Source of the DNA: Pseudomonadota bacterium
GTDB lineage: Bacteria; Chloroflexota; UBA5177
Direction of reading: 5' to 3'
Assembly (NCBI GenBank): GCA_021324655.1
Contig: JAJPIP010000035.1
Coordinates: 86,121-150,120 of the forward strand
DNA length: 64,000 bases
Shown here: in pieces, positions 1-10,195 of the stretch
Numbering within the stretch: position 1 is the first letter of the stretch
Layout of the letters: each line of letters opens with the position of its first letter
Notes under the pieces: generated by a model
Seen by the model: the letters and a program-made list of their open reading frames with translations, nothing else
What the model was told of the DNA's origin: nothing
Database searches by the model: none
Program-made: the position numbers and the translations under genes

Positions 1-205
1 CCTTTCTCGCCGTTGCGGCGATCTCGTCTCAATTGATTTTTGCCTCTCTTTCGCGGGGCGCGTCAAGGTGTGACGCCGGCGTCAGAACGGACGTCGTGAC
101 GTCGGGCGCACTCCAGGGACGACGCTCTTGACCCCTGCAGAAAGCATGCCGCCATACGAATATATGGTAGAAGAATGTATAGCTCACGCTGGGTAGTATG
201 GGGAG

Positions 206-1318
206 ATGTCGGAGATGGAAGGGCTGCTGATACCGCTGCGCGGCGCGATCGTTCCGGAGACTCGCAAGATTGCGGTGCTGCGAGCCAACGGGCTGGGTGA
301 TCTGATGTTTTCCATGCCGGCGCTTTACTCCCTGCGCGCGGCGTATCCCGGCGCTGAGGTCGTGCTCCTCGGCAAGCGGTGGCATCGTGACTTCTTCTCC
401 GGACGTCCCGGGCCGGTGGACCGCGTCGAGGTTATTCCGCGGTGCCCGGGTGTGGGAGCAGAGGAGACCGACTCCCCCGATCTCCCGGCCCTGGAAGAGT
501 TCTTCGCGCGCATGCAGGCCGAGCACTTCGACATCGTCCTGCAGATGCACGGGGGCGGACGCAATTCGAACCCGTTCGTGCGGCGTCTCGGCGCCCGGGT
601 CACTGCCGGGTCGGCGACGGCCGATGCCGCGCCGCTCGATCGGATGGTGCCGTACATCTACTTCCAGAACGAGATCATGCGCTATCTGGAAATTGCCGGT
701 CTGGTCGGGGTGCAGCCCGTCATGCTGGAGCCATGCATCGAGCTAACCGAGCAGGATCAGGCCGAGGCGGCATCGGCGGTCCCGCCCGGCGCTCCTCTCG
801 CCGTGATTCATCCGGGCGTCAGCAGCATCGATCGGCTCTGGCCGGTTGAACGCTTTGCCGCCGTCGGCGATGTCCTGGCGCAGGCGGGAGCGCACGTGGT
901 GGTGACGGGATCGGACGAGGAAGTTCCGTTGGTGCGACGCATGGTCGATCTCATGGAGGAGACGGCGACCCCGCTGGCCGGCGTGCTGTCCCTGGGGGGC
1001 CTCGCCGCTCTCATCGCCCGCGCCCGCCTGCTGGTGTCCAACGACACCGGTCCGCTCCATCTGGCGCAAGCCGTCGGGACGCCGACCGTCGGCATCTACT
1101 GGTGTTTCAATCTCATCAACGGCGGATCACCCTTTCGCACCATCCACCGTCCGGTGGTGTCCTGGATGCTCGAGTGCCCGCTGTGCGGGCGGAGCCAGGT
1201 GTATGACCCCTGTGACCACAAGGTGAGCTACATGGGGGACGTCGCGGTGGAGGACGTCGTCGAGCAGGCGCTGGACCTCTACGGCGGCAGCACGGCCGCC
1301 GCTCAGTCGGCCTCCTGA
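206..1318 (+). CDS. Glycosyltransferase family 9 (ADP-heptose:LPS heptosyltransferase-like)
   Basis: 370 aa ORF with a GT9-like N-terminus (LRANGLGDLMFSMPAL) and a C-terminal nucleotide-sugar binding region (TGSDEE...SNDTGPLHLA). ATG at 206. Confidence 0.7.
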   Translation: MSEMEGLLIPLRGAIVPETRKIAVLRANGLGDLMFSMPALYSLRAAYPGAEVVLLGKRWHRDFFSGRPGPVDRVEVIPRCPGVGAEETDSPDLPALEEFFARMQAEHFDIVLQMHGGGRNSNPFVRRLGARVTAGSATADAAPLDRMVPYIYFQNEIMRYLEIAGLVGVQPVMLEPCIELTEQDQAEAASAVPPGAPLAVIHPGVSSIDRLWPVERFAAVGDVLAQAGAHVVVTGSDEEVPLVRRMVDLMEETATPLAGVLSLGGLAALIARARLLVSNDTGPLHLAQAVGTPTVGIYWCFNLINGGSPFRTIHRPVVSWMLECPLCGRSQVYDPCDHKVSYMGDVAVEDVVEQALDLYGGSTAAAQSAS

Positions 1319-2127
1319 CCCGACGCATGGCGGGCCGTCAGCCATGTGACGGCGAAATCGACCGCCGGCCGCTGACGGAAGAGACGCGCGTCGGCTGAGC
1401 CGACCTGTCCGATGCGGGTCTGCCCCGTTTGATCGAAGGCATTGCCGAGCGCCGGAAAGACATCAGCATTGAGATCGAGATCCGGATACTCACGCCAGAC
1501 ACGGCGGCCATTCTCGATCCAGGCTGCCCCATTCGTCGTTTCCCTCCGATGCGCCACCCGATATTCCGCCAGGTGCAACGACGTGTTGTTCCCGTGCCCC
1601 ACACCGAGGAGGAGCACCCAGCCATCGGCGTCGTAGAGCCGCGCCAGGGGTGATCCCTCGCCCAGGCTGTAGGCGAGTTCATGACGACCAACGATCGCCG
1701 GCGCCTCCCGGCCCCAGGCGGCGAACGAATCGGCGGGATGGGCGCTGCGCCGGACGCCGGGCCAGGAGCGAAAGGTATCCGCGATGCGACCCATGCCACG
1801 CGCCGGCGAGATGGCCGGATCATAGGCCGGCATCTCGGCACGGATGATCGGCCACCATCTCGCCGGCACCGGTGGATTGCGCCAGTGAGACGGCTCGGAA
1901 TTGTCGGACGAGTGGGTCGGCATCACCAGCGTCCCCTCCGGCGTCAGCACGTCCATCAGTGCCTGTACCACCGTCACCGGCCCACCAACCACCCACCCCA
2001 GAGCGCTGAGCGAGGAATGCACCAGCACCGTCATGCCGGCCTCCAATCCCAGCGACCGTAGATCGGCTACCAGACCCGGCCGGGTATGTGGCAGCTCGGT
2101 TTGAGCGACGACATCTCCCTCAGGCAT
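1303..2127 (-). CDS. Aminoglycoside N3-acetyltransferase family protein (AAC(3)-like)
   Basis: 274 aa. The N-terminus (LVADLRSLGLEAGMTVLVHSSLSALGWVVGGPVTVVQAL...GTLVMPTHS) matches the conserved AAC(3)/Antibiotic_NAT architecture. An AGGAGG-like RBS precedes the ATG at 2127. Confidence 0.7.
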   Translation of the reverse strand: MPEGDVVAQTELPHTRPGLVADLRSLGLEAGMTVLVHSSLSALGWVVGGPVTVVQALMDVLTPEGTLVMPTHSSDNSEPSHWRNPPVPARWWPIIRAEMPAYDPAISPARGMGRIADTFRSWPGVRRSAHPADSFAAWGREAPAIVGRHELAYSLGEGSPLARLYDADGWVLLLGVGHGNNTSLHLAEYRVAHRRETTNGAAWIENGRRVWREYPDLDLNADVFPALGNAFDQTGQTRIGQVGSADARLFRQRPAVDFAVTWLTARHASGQEAD

Positions 2128-2260
2128 CGAGTGTTCTCCTCCTACGCTGGGTCCGCCCCACGTATCCCGGCGTCCTGCCTACCCCTCACCGGCACACATT
2201 TTGCTGCAACTCAGTTGAATAACCATATCTTGCGAGCGGGATAGACAAAAGGAGATCAGC

Positions 2261-2923
2261 ATGGTGGATAACAACGACACGTATGGCGTCGCACCGAATT
2301 GGGGTGGCCCGAACTATAGCGCGGGGACCTTCGGCGGCAATGACATGCCGTACGGGACCGGCTGGAACAATTATGCCGCTAACGCTCCCTTCCCGGGGAC
2401 CGGGTATACGGGTGGGAACGTCGACGGTCGTGCTGGTGGCAGCCGGCCGCATCCCGGGTATGGGGGAGGACCGGCGGCGCACGACGGCAATCCTGGTCCC
2501 GGCGCCTACTGGAGTGGGGTGCCGGCCGGTGCCTACGGTTATGAGCCGTACGTCAGTGGAGCCGGGAATGCCGCTGCCCCGCCCGGCACATGGGGTAATG
2601 CCGCCGGCTCCTACGGAACGGGTGGCAGCAGCGGCTACTGGCCGGGGTGGGGATACGGCCAGCCCAACTTCCGGCAACCGCAGTACCACCTTAGCGACCA
2701 GCAGATCGAGCAGCAGATCTCCGACGCGCTGGACAGCCATCCCGTGACCGCCAACGCCGATATCGATGTCGCGGTGCAGGACCATGCCGTGACTTTGACC
2801 GGCCGGGTCAAGGGCCGCCAGGCCAAGATGCTTGCCGAGGACATCGCCTGGAACAGCCCGGGCGTCGACGATGTCCACAATCAGGTCCAGGTCACCGGCC
2901 GCCGCGCGGCGCAATCAGCGTAG
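2261..2923 (+). CDS. BON-domain protein with Gly/Tyr/Asn/Pro-rich disordered N-terminal region
   Basis: 220 aa. Low-complexity G/Y/N/P-rich N-terminus of ~140 aa, then one BON domain (DIDVAVQDHAVTLTGRVKGRQAKMLAEDIAWNSPGVDDVHNQVQV). No signal peptide. RBS AAAGGAGA upstream. Confidence 0.7.
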   Translation: MVDNNDTYGVAPNWGGPNYSAGTFGGNDMPYGTGWNNYAANAPFPGTGYTGGNVDGRAGGSRPHPGYGGGPAAHDGNPGPGAYWSGVPAGAYGYEPYVSGAGNAAAPPGTWGNAAGSYGTGGSSGYWPGWGYGQPNFRQPQYHLSDQQIEQQISDALDSHPVTANADIDVAVQDHAVTLTGRVKGRQAKMLAEDIAWNSPGVDDVHNQVQVTGRRAAQSA

Positions 2924-2935
2924 GGGGAGGGCAGC

Positions 2936-3649
2936 ATGGCACAGAACAGCGGACGGCGGAACGGGCCATGGAACCCGCCCGGTGCCGAACTGGGCGGATT
3001 CGGCGAGGGCTTCGGGACCGGGTTCAACCTATACGGACCGGCCGGGCGGCAGATGGGCCTGCCGGCGACTGCCGGCCACTACAGTGATGAGGAGATCCAG
3101 CGCATCGAGGCCAGTCTCCTGGACAACAACCCCTATACGGCCGAAGCGGATATCGAGGCCACCGTCCAGAACCGCGTGATTACCCTCGCCGGAACCGTCA
3201 AAAACGCGCGGACGAAACGGATGGCCGAACAGGATGCCTGGTCGATCCCCAGTGTCAAAGATGTGAAGAACGAGATCCGCACAGCGGCGCGGGAACCATC
3301 GAGGACAGCCTCCCAATCCCCACCGGGCGAGGCGGCGGAGGCGCCACCAGCGCCGGTCGTCCGCAGCGATGAGAATCTGCAGAGCAGCATCTACGACGCG
3401 CTCGACGATGATCCCGCCATCCCGGCCGACATCGATATCAGCGTCAACGTCAATGATGGTCGGGCGACGCTCCAGGGCCGGGTCCCCAACAAACAGGTCA
3501 AGCGAGCCGCCGGTCACGATGCGTGGAACACTCCTGGGATCCGCGATGTGTACAACGAGTTGAATGTGGAGGGCCGGGCTGATCGGGCCCGGTCCGCGGC
3601 GAACCGCGCGGGCGACCTGGAGGTCGAGCGGCGCGCTGCCAAGAAGTAG
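2936..3649 (+). CDS. Tandem BON-domain protein (OsmY-like, apparently cytoplasmic)
   Basis: 237 aa. Two BON repeats (DIEATVQNRVITLAGTVKNARTKRMAEQDAWSIPSVKDVKNEI and DIDISVNVNDGRATLQGRVPNKQVKRAAGHDAWNTPGIRDVYNEL). Gly-rich N-terminus. RBS GGGGGAGGG upstream. No signal peptide. Confidence 0.75.
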   Translation: MAQNSGRRNGPWNPPGAELGGFGEGFGTGFNLYGPAGRQMGLPATAGHYSDEEIQRIEASLLDNNPYTAEADIEATVQNRVITLAGTVKNARTKRMAEQDAWSIPSVKDVKNEIRTAAREPSRTASQSPPGEAAEAPPAPVVRSDENLQSSIYDALDDDPAIPADIDISVNVNDGRATLQGRVPNKQVKRAAGHDAWNTPGIRDVYNELNVEGRADRARSAANRAGDLEVERRAAKK

Positions 3650-3661
3650 AGTGCCGGAGCC

Positions 3662-3688
3662 GGGGGCATTCTCCGTCCCCGGCTCGCG
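3662..3688. terminator. Putative bidirectional hairpin terminator between convergent genes
   Basis: GCCGGGGG-cattctccgt-CCCCGGC stem-loop in the 43-bp gap between the + BON gene (ends 3649) and the - manA gene (ends 3693). Confidence 0.35.
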
Positions 3689-3692
3689 CCTC

Positions 3693-4747
3693 TCAGGATG
3701 CCGCCAGGCCCAGCCCGGCGGCCGGAGCGAATTGGGCCAGGTAGGTGTCGATCTCCCGGTCCGAGTAGCCCCATGCGGCCAACTCGCGGCGGGTCACCTC
3801 CGATGAAGCTGGAACATAGGCGGTTAAAACTCGCCCGTCGCCCTCGATTTGGTAGGTTCCACACGCGGCCGGAATGAGGGCAGAGGCGTATGCGGCGAGG
3901 GATGCCGACTGCCCGCCTGTCCGTATCTCGATGGGATGATCCAGCGTGCAGAGGGCGACCGGACTGTCATGCGTGGTAAACGCGCCACCGCGTGTGTCCA
4001 GCTCCAGGGTGAAGTATGGAGCACCGACCAACATGCTGCGCCGACCGTCCGGAGCGGCGAGGGGGCGAATCAGACCGCGGGTCTCACGGTGGTAATCGAG
4101 CACCTGGCTGGCCTTGTCCACGTGCAATTGCCGTGGCTTGCCCTGCGCATCGACCCGTCCCCAATCGTAGATACGGTACGTCGTATCGCTGGTCTGCTGC
4201 AGTTCGAAGAGAAGAATTCCGGCCCCGATGGCGTGAACGGTCCCGGCCGGGATATAGACGACATCGCCCGGCTTGACCGGGAGGGAGTGCAGGATAGTCT
4301 CGAGCGCGCCGCTCTGTACCAGCCGCTCGTACTCCTCCGGGCTATTGGCGCGTTCGAACCCATAGGTAAGGGCGGCGCCGGGTTCAGCGGCGATGATGTA
4401 CCAGCATTCCGTCTTCCCGTACGGTTCGTGCTCGAGGCGCTGCGCCAGCGCATTATCGGGATGCACCTGGACCGAGAGAGCCTCGCGCGCGTCTATGAGC
4501 TTGGTGAGCAGGGGGAAGACGCGGTCCGGAGGGATATGGCCCATCAGATCCGCTCCCAGCAGCGACTGCAGATCGCTAATCGTCTTCCCGGCATAGGGTC
4601 CGTTGCGCACGCGATTCTCAGCGTAGACCTCCCACGCCTCGCCGACGAGCGTGGTCGCCGGAGCACCGGTTCCCATGTCGGCCAGGCGATGCCCTCCCCA
4701 GATGCGCTCGTCGAAACGCGGTTCAATCAAGAGTGGGTAGAGATCCG

Positions 4748-4751
<4 letters not shown>
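3693..4751 (-). CDS. manA: Mannose-6-phosphate isomerase, class I
   Basis: Type I PMI signatures (ERIWGG, QVHPD, ECWYII). Start set at the internal ATG (MTDLYPLL), which has a GGAGG RBS and makes an ATGA overlap with the galK stop. Confidence 0.8.
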
Positions 4752-5869
<1,118 letters not shown>

Positions 5870-5871
5870 GG

Positions 5872-6948
5872 TCAGCTCACGACGGTAAAGGAGGTCTCCG
5901 TCTGAAGGGATGATCCATCCGGCAGGGTGGCCGCGACCTGAACGGACACCGTCGTGCCCGGCGGGATGGAGGACGGAACGAGGACCGTGCAGGACGCATG
6001 ACCGCTCGGGTCGGTTGATGTGGTGCAGACCGCCGGATGTCCCACGATGGCAAATGCCATCGTGATGGTCACTCCGCCCGCGTTCGGTCCGCTCAGAACC
6101 GCTGTGACCGTTTCCGTCGAGCCGGGCGTGACGGACGGCTCCTGTGGGGAGGCGGTGAGAGTGGGACCGGCGGCTGTCGCGGTTGCGGTCGGGGTCGGAA
6201 TCACCGTGGCCGGGATGGGCGTCGCGGTCGGGGCAGGGACAGTGGTCGCCGTCGGCAGGGGGCTGGTGGCAGTTGCCGTGGGCGACGGAAGGATGGTGGC
6301 GGTGGGAGTTGGTGCCGGCTGGTGGATTGCTCGGTGGAGACGCCGAGCAAGGTGGGCCAGCGCCGACGACTGCCGGTGGAAGTCGCGCATCAGGAGCGAG
6401 GAGACGCTGGCCGGTGCGGCACCGTCGTACTCGAGATAGGACTCAACGAGAACGTCGTGGTACGTGAAAAACAGGAAGACCAGCGTCTCCTGTGCCGCGC
6501 TCATCACATAGGCCCGCGCGTAGAGGTGGGTGACGCGCGTCCCGTGCGTGCGCAGTCGCACGTCATGCAGGGCGCGGCGCGCCGCGGCGTGCGATCGGAA
6601 GACGTGAATCCCGTAGGCAAAGACGGTGTGATGGATCTGGAGGTTCTCGCCCCGCCCCGTCGTGTACTGCCAGAGTCCGGCCTGGATCCAGCCGCTGCCG
6701 TCCACCCGGTGCAGTCGCTGGAAACTGGTGTGATGAACCGGACCAAAGTAGTGGTCCGCCTCCGCGTTGGTGGCGGGGAGCACGACGATGTGCGTGTGGT
6801 GCGGATAATCGGCTCTGGGAAGCGCCAGAGAGAGTGCGGCTGAAGATTGTTCCGGAATGGCTGCTCCGACCACGAGCAGGCAGGCAACCAGGGCAAAACG
6901 ACGAATAGGCTCTCCCTCCCCCGCCAGAATACGGCCTCGGCGAGTCAT
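5872..6948 (-). CDS. Secreted/membrane-anchored hypothetical protein with His-rich domain, Pro/Thr linker and Ig-like C-terminal domain
   Basis: Hydrophobic N-terminal signal/anchor (FALVACLLVVGAAIP), then a His-rich region. Central (PTATx)n low-complexity linker. Thr/Ser-rich beta-rich C-terminus. Confidence 0.5.
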   Translation of the reverse strand: MTRRGRILAGEGEPIRRFALVACLLVVGAAIPEQSSAALSLALPRADYPHHTHIVVLPATNAEADHYFGPVHHTSFQRLHRVDGSGWIQAGLWQYTTGRGENLQIHHTVFAYGIHVFRSHAAARRALHDVRLRTHGTRVTHLYARAYVMSAAQETLVFLFFTYHDVLVESYLEYDGAAPASVSSLLMRDFHRQSSALAHLARRLHRAIHQPAPTPTATILPSPTATATSPLPTATTVPAPTATPIPATVIPTPTATATAAGPTLTASPQEPSVTPGSTETVTAVLSGPNAGGVTITMAFAIVGHPAVCTTSTDPSGHASCTVLVPSSIPPGTTVSVQVAATLPDGSSLQTETSFTVVS

Positions 6949-7014
6949 CGTGCTATTTGTGGGGCATCAAGGGGGCGCGGTACCCTGAGTGCGCGACGGC
7001 GTGAGGAGGCTTCT

Positions 7015-7962
7015 CTGGATGCGATTGTGACCGGCGGCGCCGGTTTCATCGGCTCTCATTTGTGTGCGGCCCTGCTCGATGAGGGCCACCGTGTGATCTG
7101 TCTCGATGATCTCTCGACAGGAACCGAGGAGAATATCGCCTCTTTGCGAGAGAATCCACGATTCACCTTCCGGCAGCATGATGTGGTGCAGCCGCTCGCC
7201 GATCTGCGGGCCGATCTGATCTTTCATCTGGCCAGTCCGGCGTCGGTGCGCGATTACTTGAGCATGCCGATCGCCACCATCAAAGTGAATACCGTCGGCA
7301 CCATGAACATGCTGGAGCTGGCGCGTCGTCACGGTGCACGCTTCCTCTATACCTCGACATCGGAGATTTACGGGGATCCGTTGGTCCATCCGCAGCCGGA
7401 GACGTACTGGGGCAACGTGAATCCGATCGGACCGCGCGCCTGCTATGACGAGAGTAAGCGGGTGGGCGAGGCGACAACCTTCGAGTTCGTGCGCAGTTAT
7501 GGGGTAGATGCGCGCGTTGTGCGTATCTTCAACACCTACGGGCCGCATTCCCGCCCCGATGACGGCCGCATCGTGCCGAACTTCGTGATCCAGGCACTGA
7601 AGCGCGAACCGATCACCATCTACGGGGACGGCAGCCAGACCCGCTCATTTTGCTACGTCTCCGATATGGTCACCGGACTGATGGCGGCGATGTCACGCGG
7701 ACCGGCCGGTGAGGTCTTCAATCTCGGTAACCCGGACGAGTACACCGTCCTCGACTTCGCGCACGAGATTGCCCGGCAGCTGGGCTCAGACGCCGGCGTT
7801 GTCTATCATCCCCTGCCGGTCGATGATCCGGTCCAGCGCCGTCCCGACATTACTAAAGCTCGTCAGTGGCTCGGCTGGGAGCCGATGATGCCGCTCGCTG
7901 ATGGTGTGGAGCGTACCGCCCGCTGGTTCCGTCAGCTGTTGGGTCTCCCGGTGACGGCCTAG
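7015..7962 (+). CDS. UDP-glucuronate decarboxylase / UDP-xylose synthase (extended SDR, NAD-dependent epimerase/dehydratase)
   Basis: Rossmann motif VTGGAGFIGSHL. Catalytic YxxxK region (YDESKRVGE). Close architecture to UXS (RVVRIFNTYGP). The ORF as given runs into the divergent gene, so the true start is probably a non-ATG codon near 7015, after a GAGGAGG RBS at 7003. The exact start is uncertain. Confidence 0.75.
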   Translation: MDAIVTGGAGFIGSHLCAALLDEGHRVICLDDLSTGTEENIASLRENPRFTFRQHDVVQPLADLRADLIFHLASPASVRDYLSMPIATIKVNTVGTMNMLELARRHGARFLYTSTSEIYGDPLVHPQPETYWGNVNPIGPRACYDESKRVGEATTFEFVRSYGVDARVVRIFNTYGPHSRPDDGRIVPNFVIQALKREPITIYGDGSQTRSFCYVSDMVTGLMAAMSRGPAGEVFNLGNPDEYTVLDFAHEIARQLGSDAGVVYHPLPVDDPVQRRPDITKARQWLGWEPMMPLADGVERTARWFRQLLGLPVTA

Positions 7963-8570
7963 CCGGGCGTGACGTCCGCTTCGACCAGCGCCCCATAGAC
8001 GACACGGTGAGCGATGCTCCGAAAGCGTCCCCACTCATCCCAGCGCTCGCCGAGATCTTCTGCCTCGGTGGCGTGCAAGTGCTCGAGGTGGTCGGTGACG
8101 GCGAGCAGCTCGAAGGGGGCGACCTCCTGGAAGCCGGCGACCCGCTCGTCCGGGTCGAGCGCACCCAGGGTACCCCCCGTCTCCTCCAGGAGGAAAGCGT
8201 ACGTCCGGAACGCGTCGGGTTGATCCGTGCCCTCCGGACGGTACCCGATGGCCGCCAGGAAGCGAACGATTCCCACCTCGAGTCCAGTCTCCTCATGGAC
8301 CTCACGGAGCAGGGCCTCTTCGATGCTCTCTCCCTCCTCGATTCCGCCCGTGGGCAGCCGGTACGTCTGCTCCGGATAGAACTCTTTCCGCACCGTGATC
8401 AGGAGGCCGTTGGGGCGCCGGATTGCCATGCAGACCTCCTCGGTCCGCTCCCCGACGAAATACTCCTTGCCGTTCACGCCGGCTGAGATTCGCGCCGGCT
8501 CGCCAAAGCGCTGCGCCAGCGTCGCGATCTCGGCGTCCCGATCGTGCGGCATCTCCCTCTCCGCCACCAT
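7959..8570 (-). CDS. NUDIX hydrolase
   Basis: Nudix box GGIEEGESIEEALLREVHEETGL. The long Arg-rich N-terminal extension of the raw ORF is probably non-coding, so the start is placed at the internal ATG (MVAEREMPHD). Confidence 0.65.
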   Translation of the reverse strand: MVAEREMPHDRDAEIATLAQRFGEPARISAGVNGKEYFVGERTEEVCMAIRRPNGLLITVRKEFYPEQTYRLPTGGIEEGESIEEALLREVHEETGLEVGIVRFLAAIGYRPEGTDQPDAFRTYAFLLEETGGTLGALDPDERVAGFQEVAPFELLAVTDHLEHLHATEAEDLGERWDEWGRFRSIAHRVVYGALVEADVTPG

Positions 8571-8698
8571 TCTAGTGATCGGTTGTCCGGCACGATGACG
8601 TCTAACCGGCGGCCATCCAGGAAAGCCGCGGATTGCATGCACTTCTAACCGTGCCCTAATCCTCTCTCCGTACGATAAGACTGCAGGACAACTCACCT

Positions 8699-8935
8699 TT
8701 GCCCGGGAATGGAAGACTCTCCATTCCCGGGCCCTCCTCCCTTTCCCGTGTGATGCTGTACCGCCTTCTCGCCGCGCTCGTGGTTGCGCTCGCCGGTCTC
8801 GCCGCCTTGCTGCGCGGAGCCGACCTCGTGCATCGGACGCTGCACGCCGCGAACGAGAGCATCCTCGGCTGGACCTTGCTGGCGGCCGGGGTTCTGCTCC
8901 TGCTCGGATCATTCGGTCTGGCCGGCGCCGAGTAG
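8699..8935 (+). CDS. Small hypothetical membrane protein
   Basis: 78 aa with two hydrophobic helices (LLAALVVALAGLAALL, WTLLAAGVLLLLGSFGLAGA). No recognisable homology. Weak call. Confidence 0.3.
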   Translation: MPGNGRLSIPGPSSLSRVMLYRLLAALVVALAGLAALLRGADLVHRTLHAANESILGWTLLAAGVLLLLGSFGLAGAE

Positions 8936-9207
8936 CGGGGCGCTCCAACCTCGCTGTTGCGTCCGGACCTCCTCACCCGTTTTGAGGCGTAGATGGGTTG
9001 AATGTCAGCAGGAATGACGCTCTACACGTTCTCGGGCGCTAAGACCTCTGGACAGACGAAGGGCCAGAGTCTGGGCGGCGTCTGGTGCGTTGTTCTCCCC
9101 GAACGGCCGCATACTCCATAGAGCAGGGCGAGCGCCGCGGATCTGCCCTCCCCGGTGCTCGCCCCCTGTTATTGCGGCGCGAGCCCAACGGGCAAGCGAG
9201 GCGCTCG

Positions 9208-10077
9208 TTATTGGGCAGCGCCAGCCGGTGCGCTCGTGAGGCGCTCGATGCGAGCGTGCTCGGCGAGGGCGGCCTCGAGAGCGGCGATCCCGGCCCGCGA
9301 CTCGGCCAGCCCGGGCATGGCGACCGTGAGACGCTGGAAGAGGAGTCCGGGCCAGAGCAACGGGCGCAACCGGTTCTGTCCCCACATCACCATTTCGAAG
9401 GCGATGCAGAGGGCCGGGAGCGGCACGGCGACCGTGATGACATAGCCGGCATAACCGGAGATCACCGAGCCCAGGACCATGCCGGGCACCATGAGGAGCA
9501 TGGCCAGCATGGCCAGATTGGTGCCGCAACGCGGATGATACAGCGTGCGTTTCCGTGTGTTCTCAACGGTGAGTGGCATGCCCGCCTCGTAGGCGGCGAT
9601 CGCCTGGTGCTCACCCCCGTGGAAGCGCCAGATGCGTCCGAACCGGGGCAGGGCGCGCGTCACGCCGATGAGACTGAAAAAGAGAAGAAGCTGCAGAATG
9701 GACGAGCCGGCCGCGTGCCAGACAGCGGGCAGCGTGGCAAACACGCCGTTGGCCAGCGTGGACAGGATGCCGATACAAATGATGGCTGCCAGCAGTGGCA
9801 GCGGGATCCGCTTGCCCCGGCTGGGCTTCCAGCCGCGCACCACGAGGCCCATCTGACTGACGAGCTTGGGAACGATCCGGATAAAGGGGAGCCGCTCCAC
9901 GGGGTGAGACTTGCGGGGCGGCAGCGGGAACGATTCGATGGTGAGAGTGCCGTCGGCAGATTCGCGGGCAATGGCAGCAGCCAGTGGCGTGAGCATCATC
10001 ACGCCATCCGGGAGCGCGGAGCCACCGACACGGATCGGGGTGGGGGATGCCTGTGTCATGATGCCGTAAGTTACCAT
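9208..10077 (-). CDS. DUF1385 (YqhQ-like) membrane-associated protein
   Basis: N-terminal IRVGGSALPDGVMMLT and central WRFHGGEHQAIAAYE fit the DUF1385 family. Start at the internal ATG (MVTYGIM), which has a GGGAG RBS. Confidence 0.65.
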   Translation of the reverse strand: MVTYGIMTQASPTPIRVGGSALPDGVMMLTPLAAAIARESADGTLTIESFPLPPRKSHPVERLPFIRIVPKLVSQMGLVVRGWKPSRGKRIPLPLLAAIICIGILSTLANGVFATLPAVWHAAGSSILQLLLFFSLIGVTRALPRFGRIWRFHGGEHQAIAAYEAGMPLTVENTRKRTLYHPRCGTNLAMLAMLLMVPGMVLGSVISGYAGYVITVAVPLPALCIAFEMVMWGQNRLRPLLWPGLLFQRLTVAMPGLAESRAGIAALEAALAEHARIERLTSAPAGAAQ

Positions 10078-10195
10078 GCACCACTCCCTGTGTCCATGGT
10101 TCAAAAGGGGAAGAAATGGGGACCGATCAACGCGCGCCCGGTAGCCGTTTCCCTGTTCATTGGTAGATGATAGGGGCACACAGGAAGGGGCGAGG

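Noticed and set aside
6037-6843. 268-aa Arg/Gly-rich ORF on the + strand
   Set aside because: It is a shadow of the PT-linker secreted protein gene on the minus strand. Its (GRGR)n composition is not protein-like.
7959-8948. Full 329-aa ORF as an N-terminally extended NUDIX protein
   Set aside because: The first ~125 codons are extremely Arg-rich with no domain, and they cover the whole preceding intergenic region. The NUDIX domain starts at the internal ATG at 8570.
9085-10170. 361-aa ORF on the + strand
   Set aside because: It lies fully antisense to the well-supported DUF1385 gene. Its Arg/Gly/His-rich composition is typical of shadow ORFs in GC-rich DNA.
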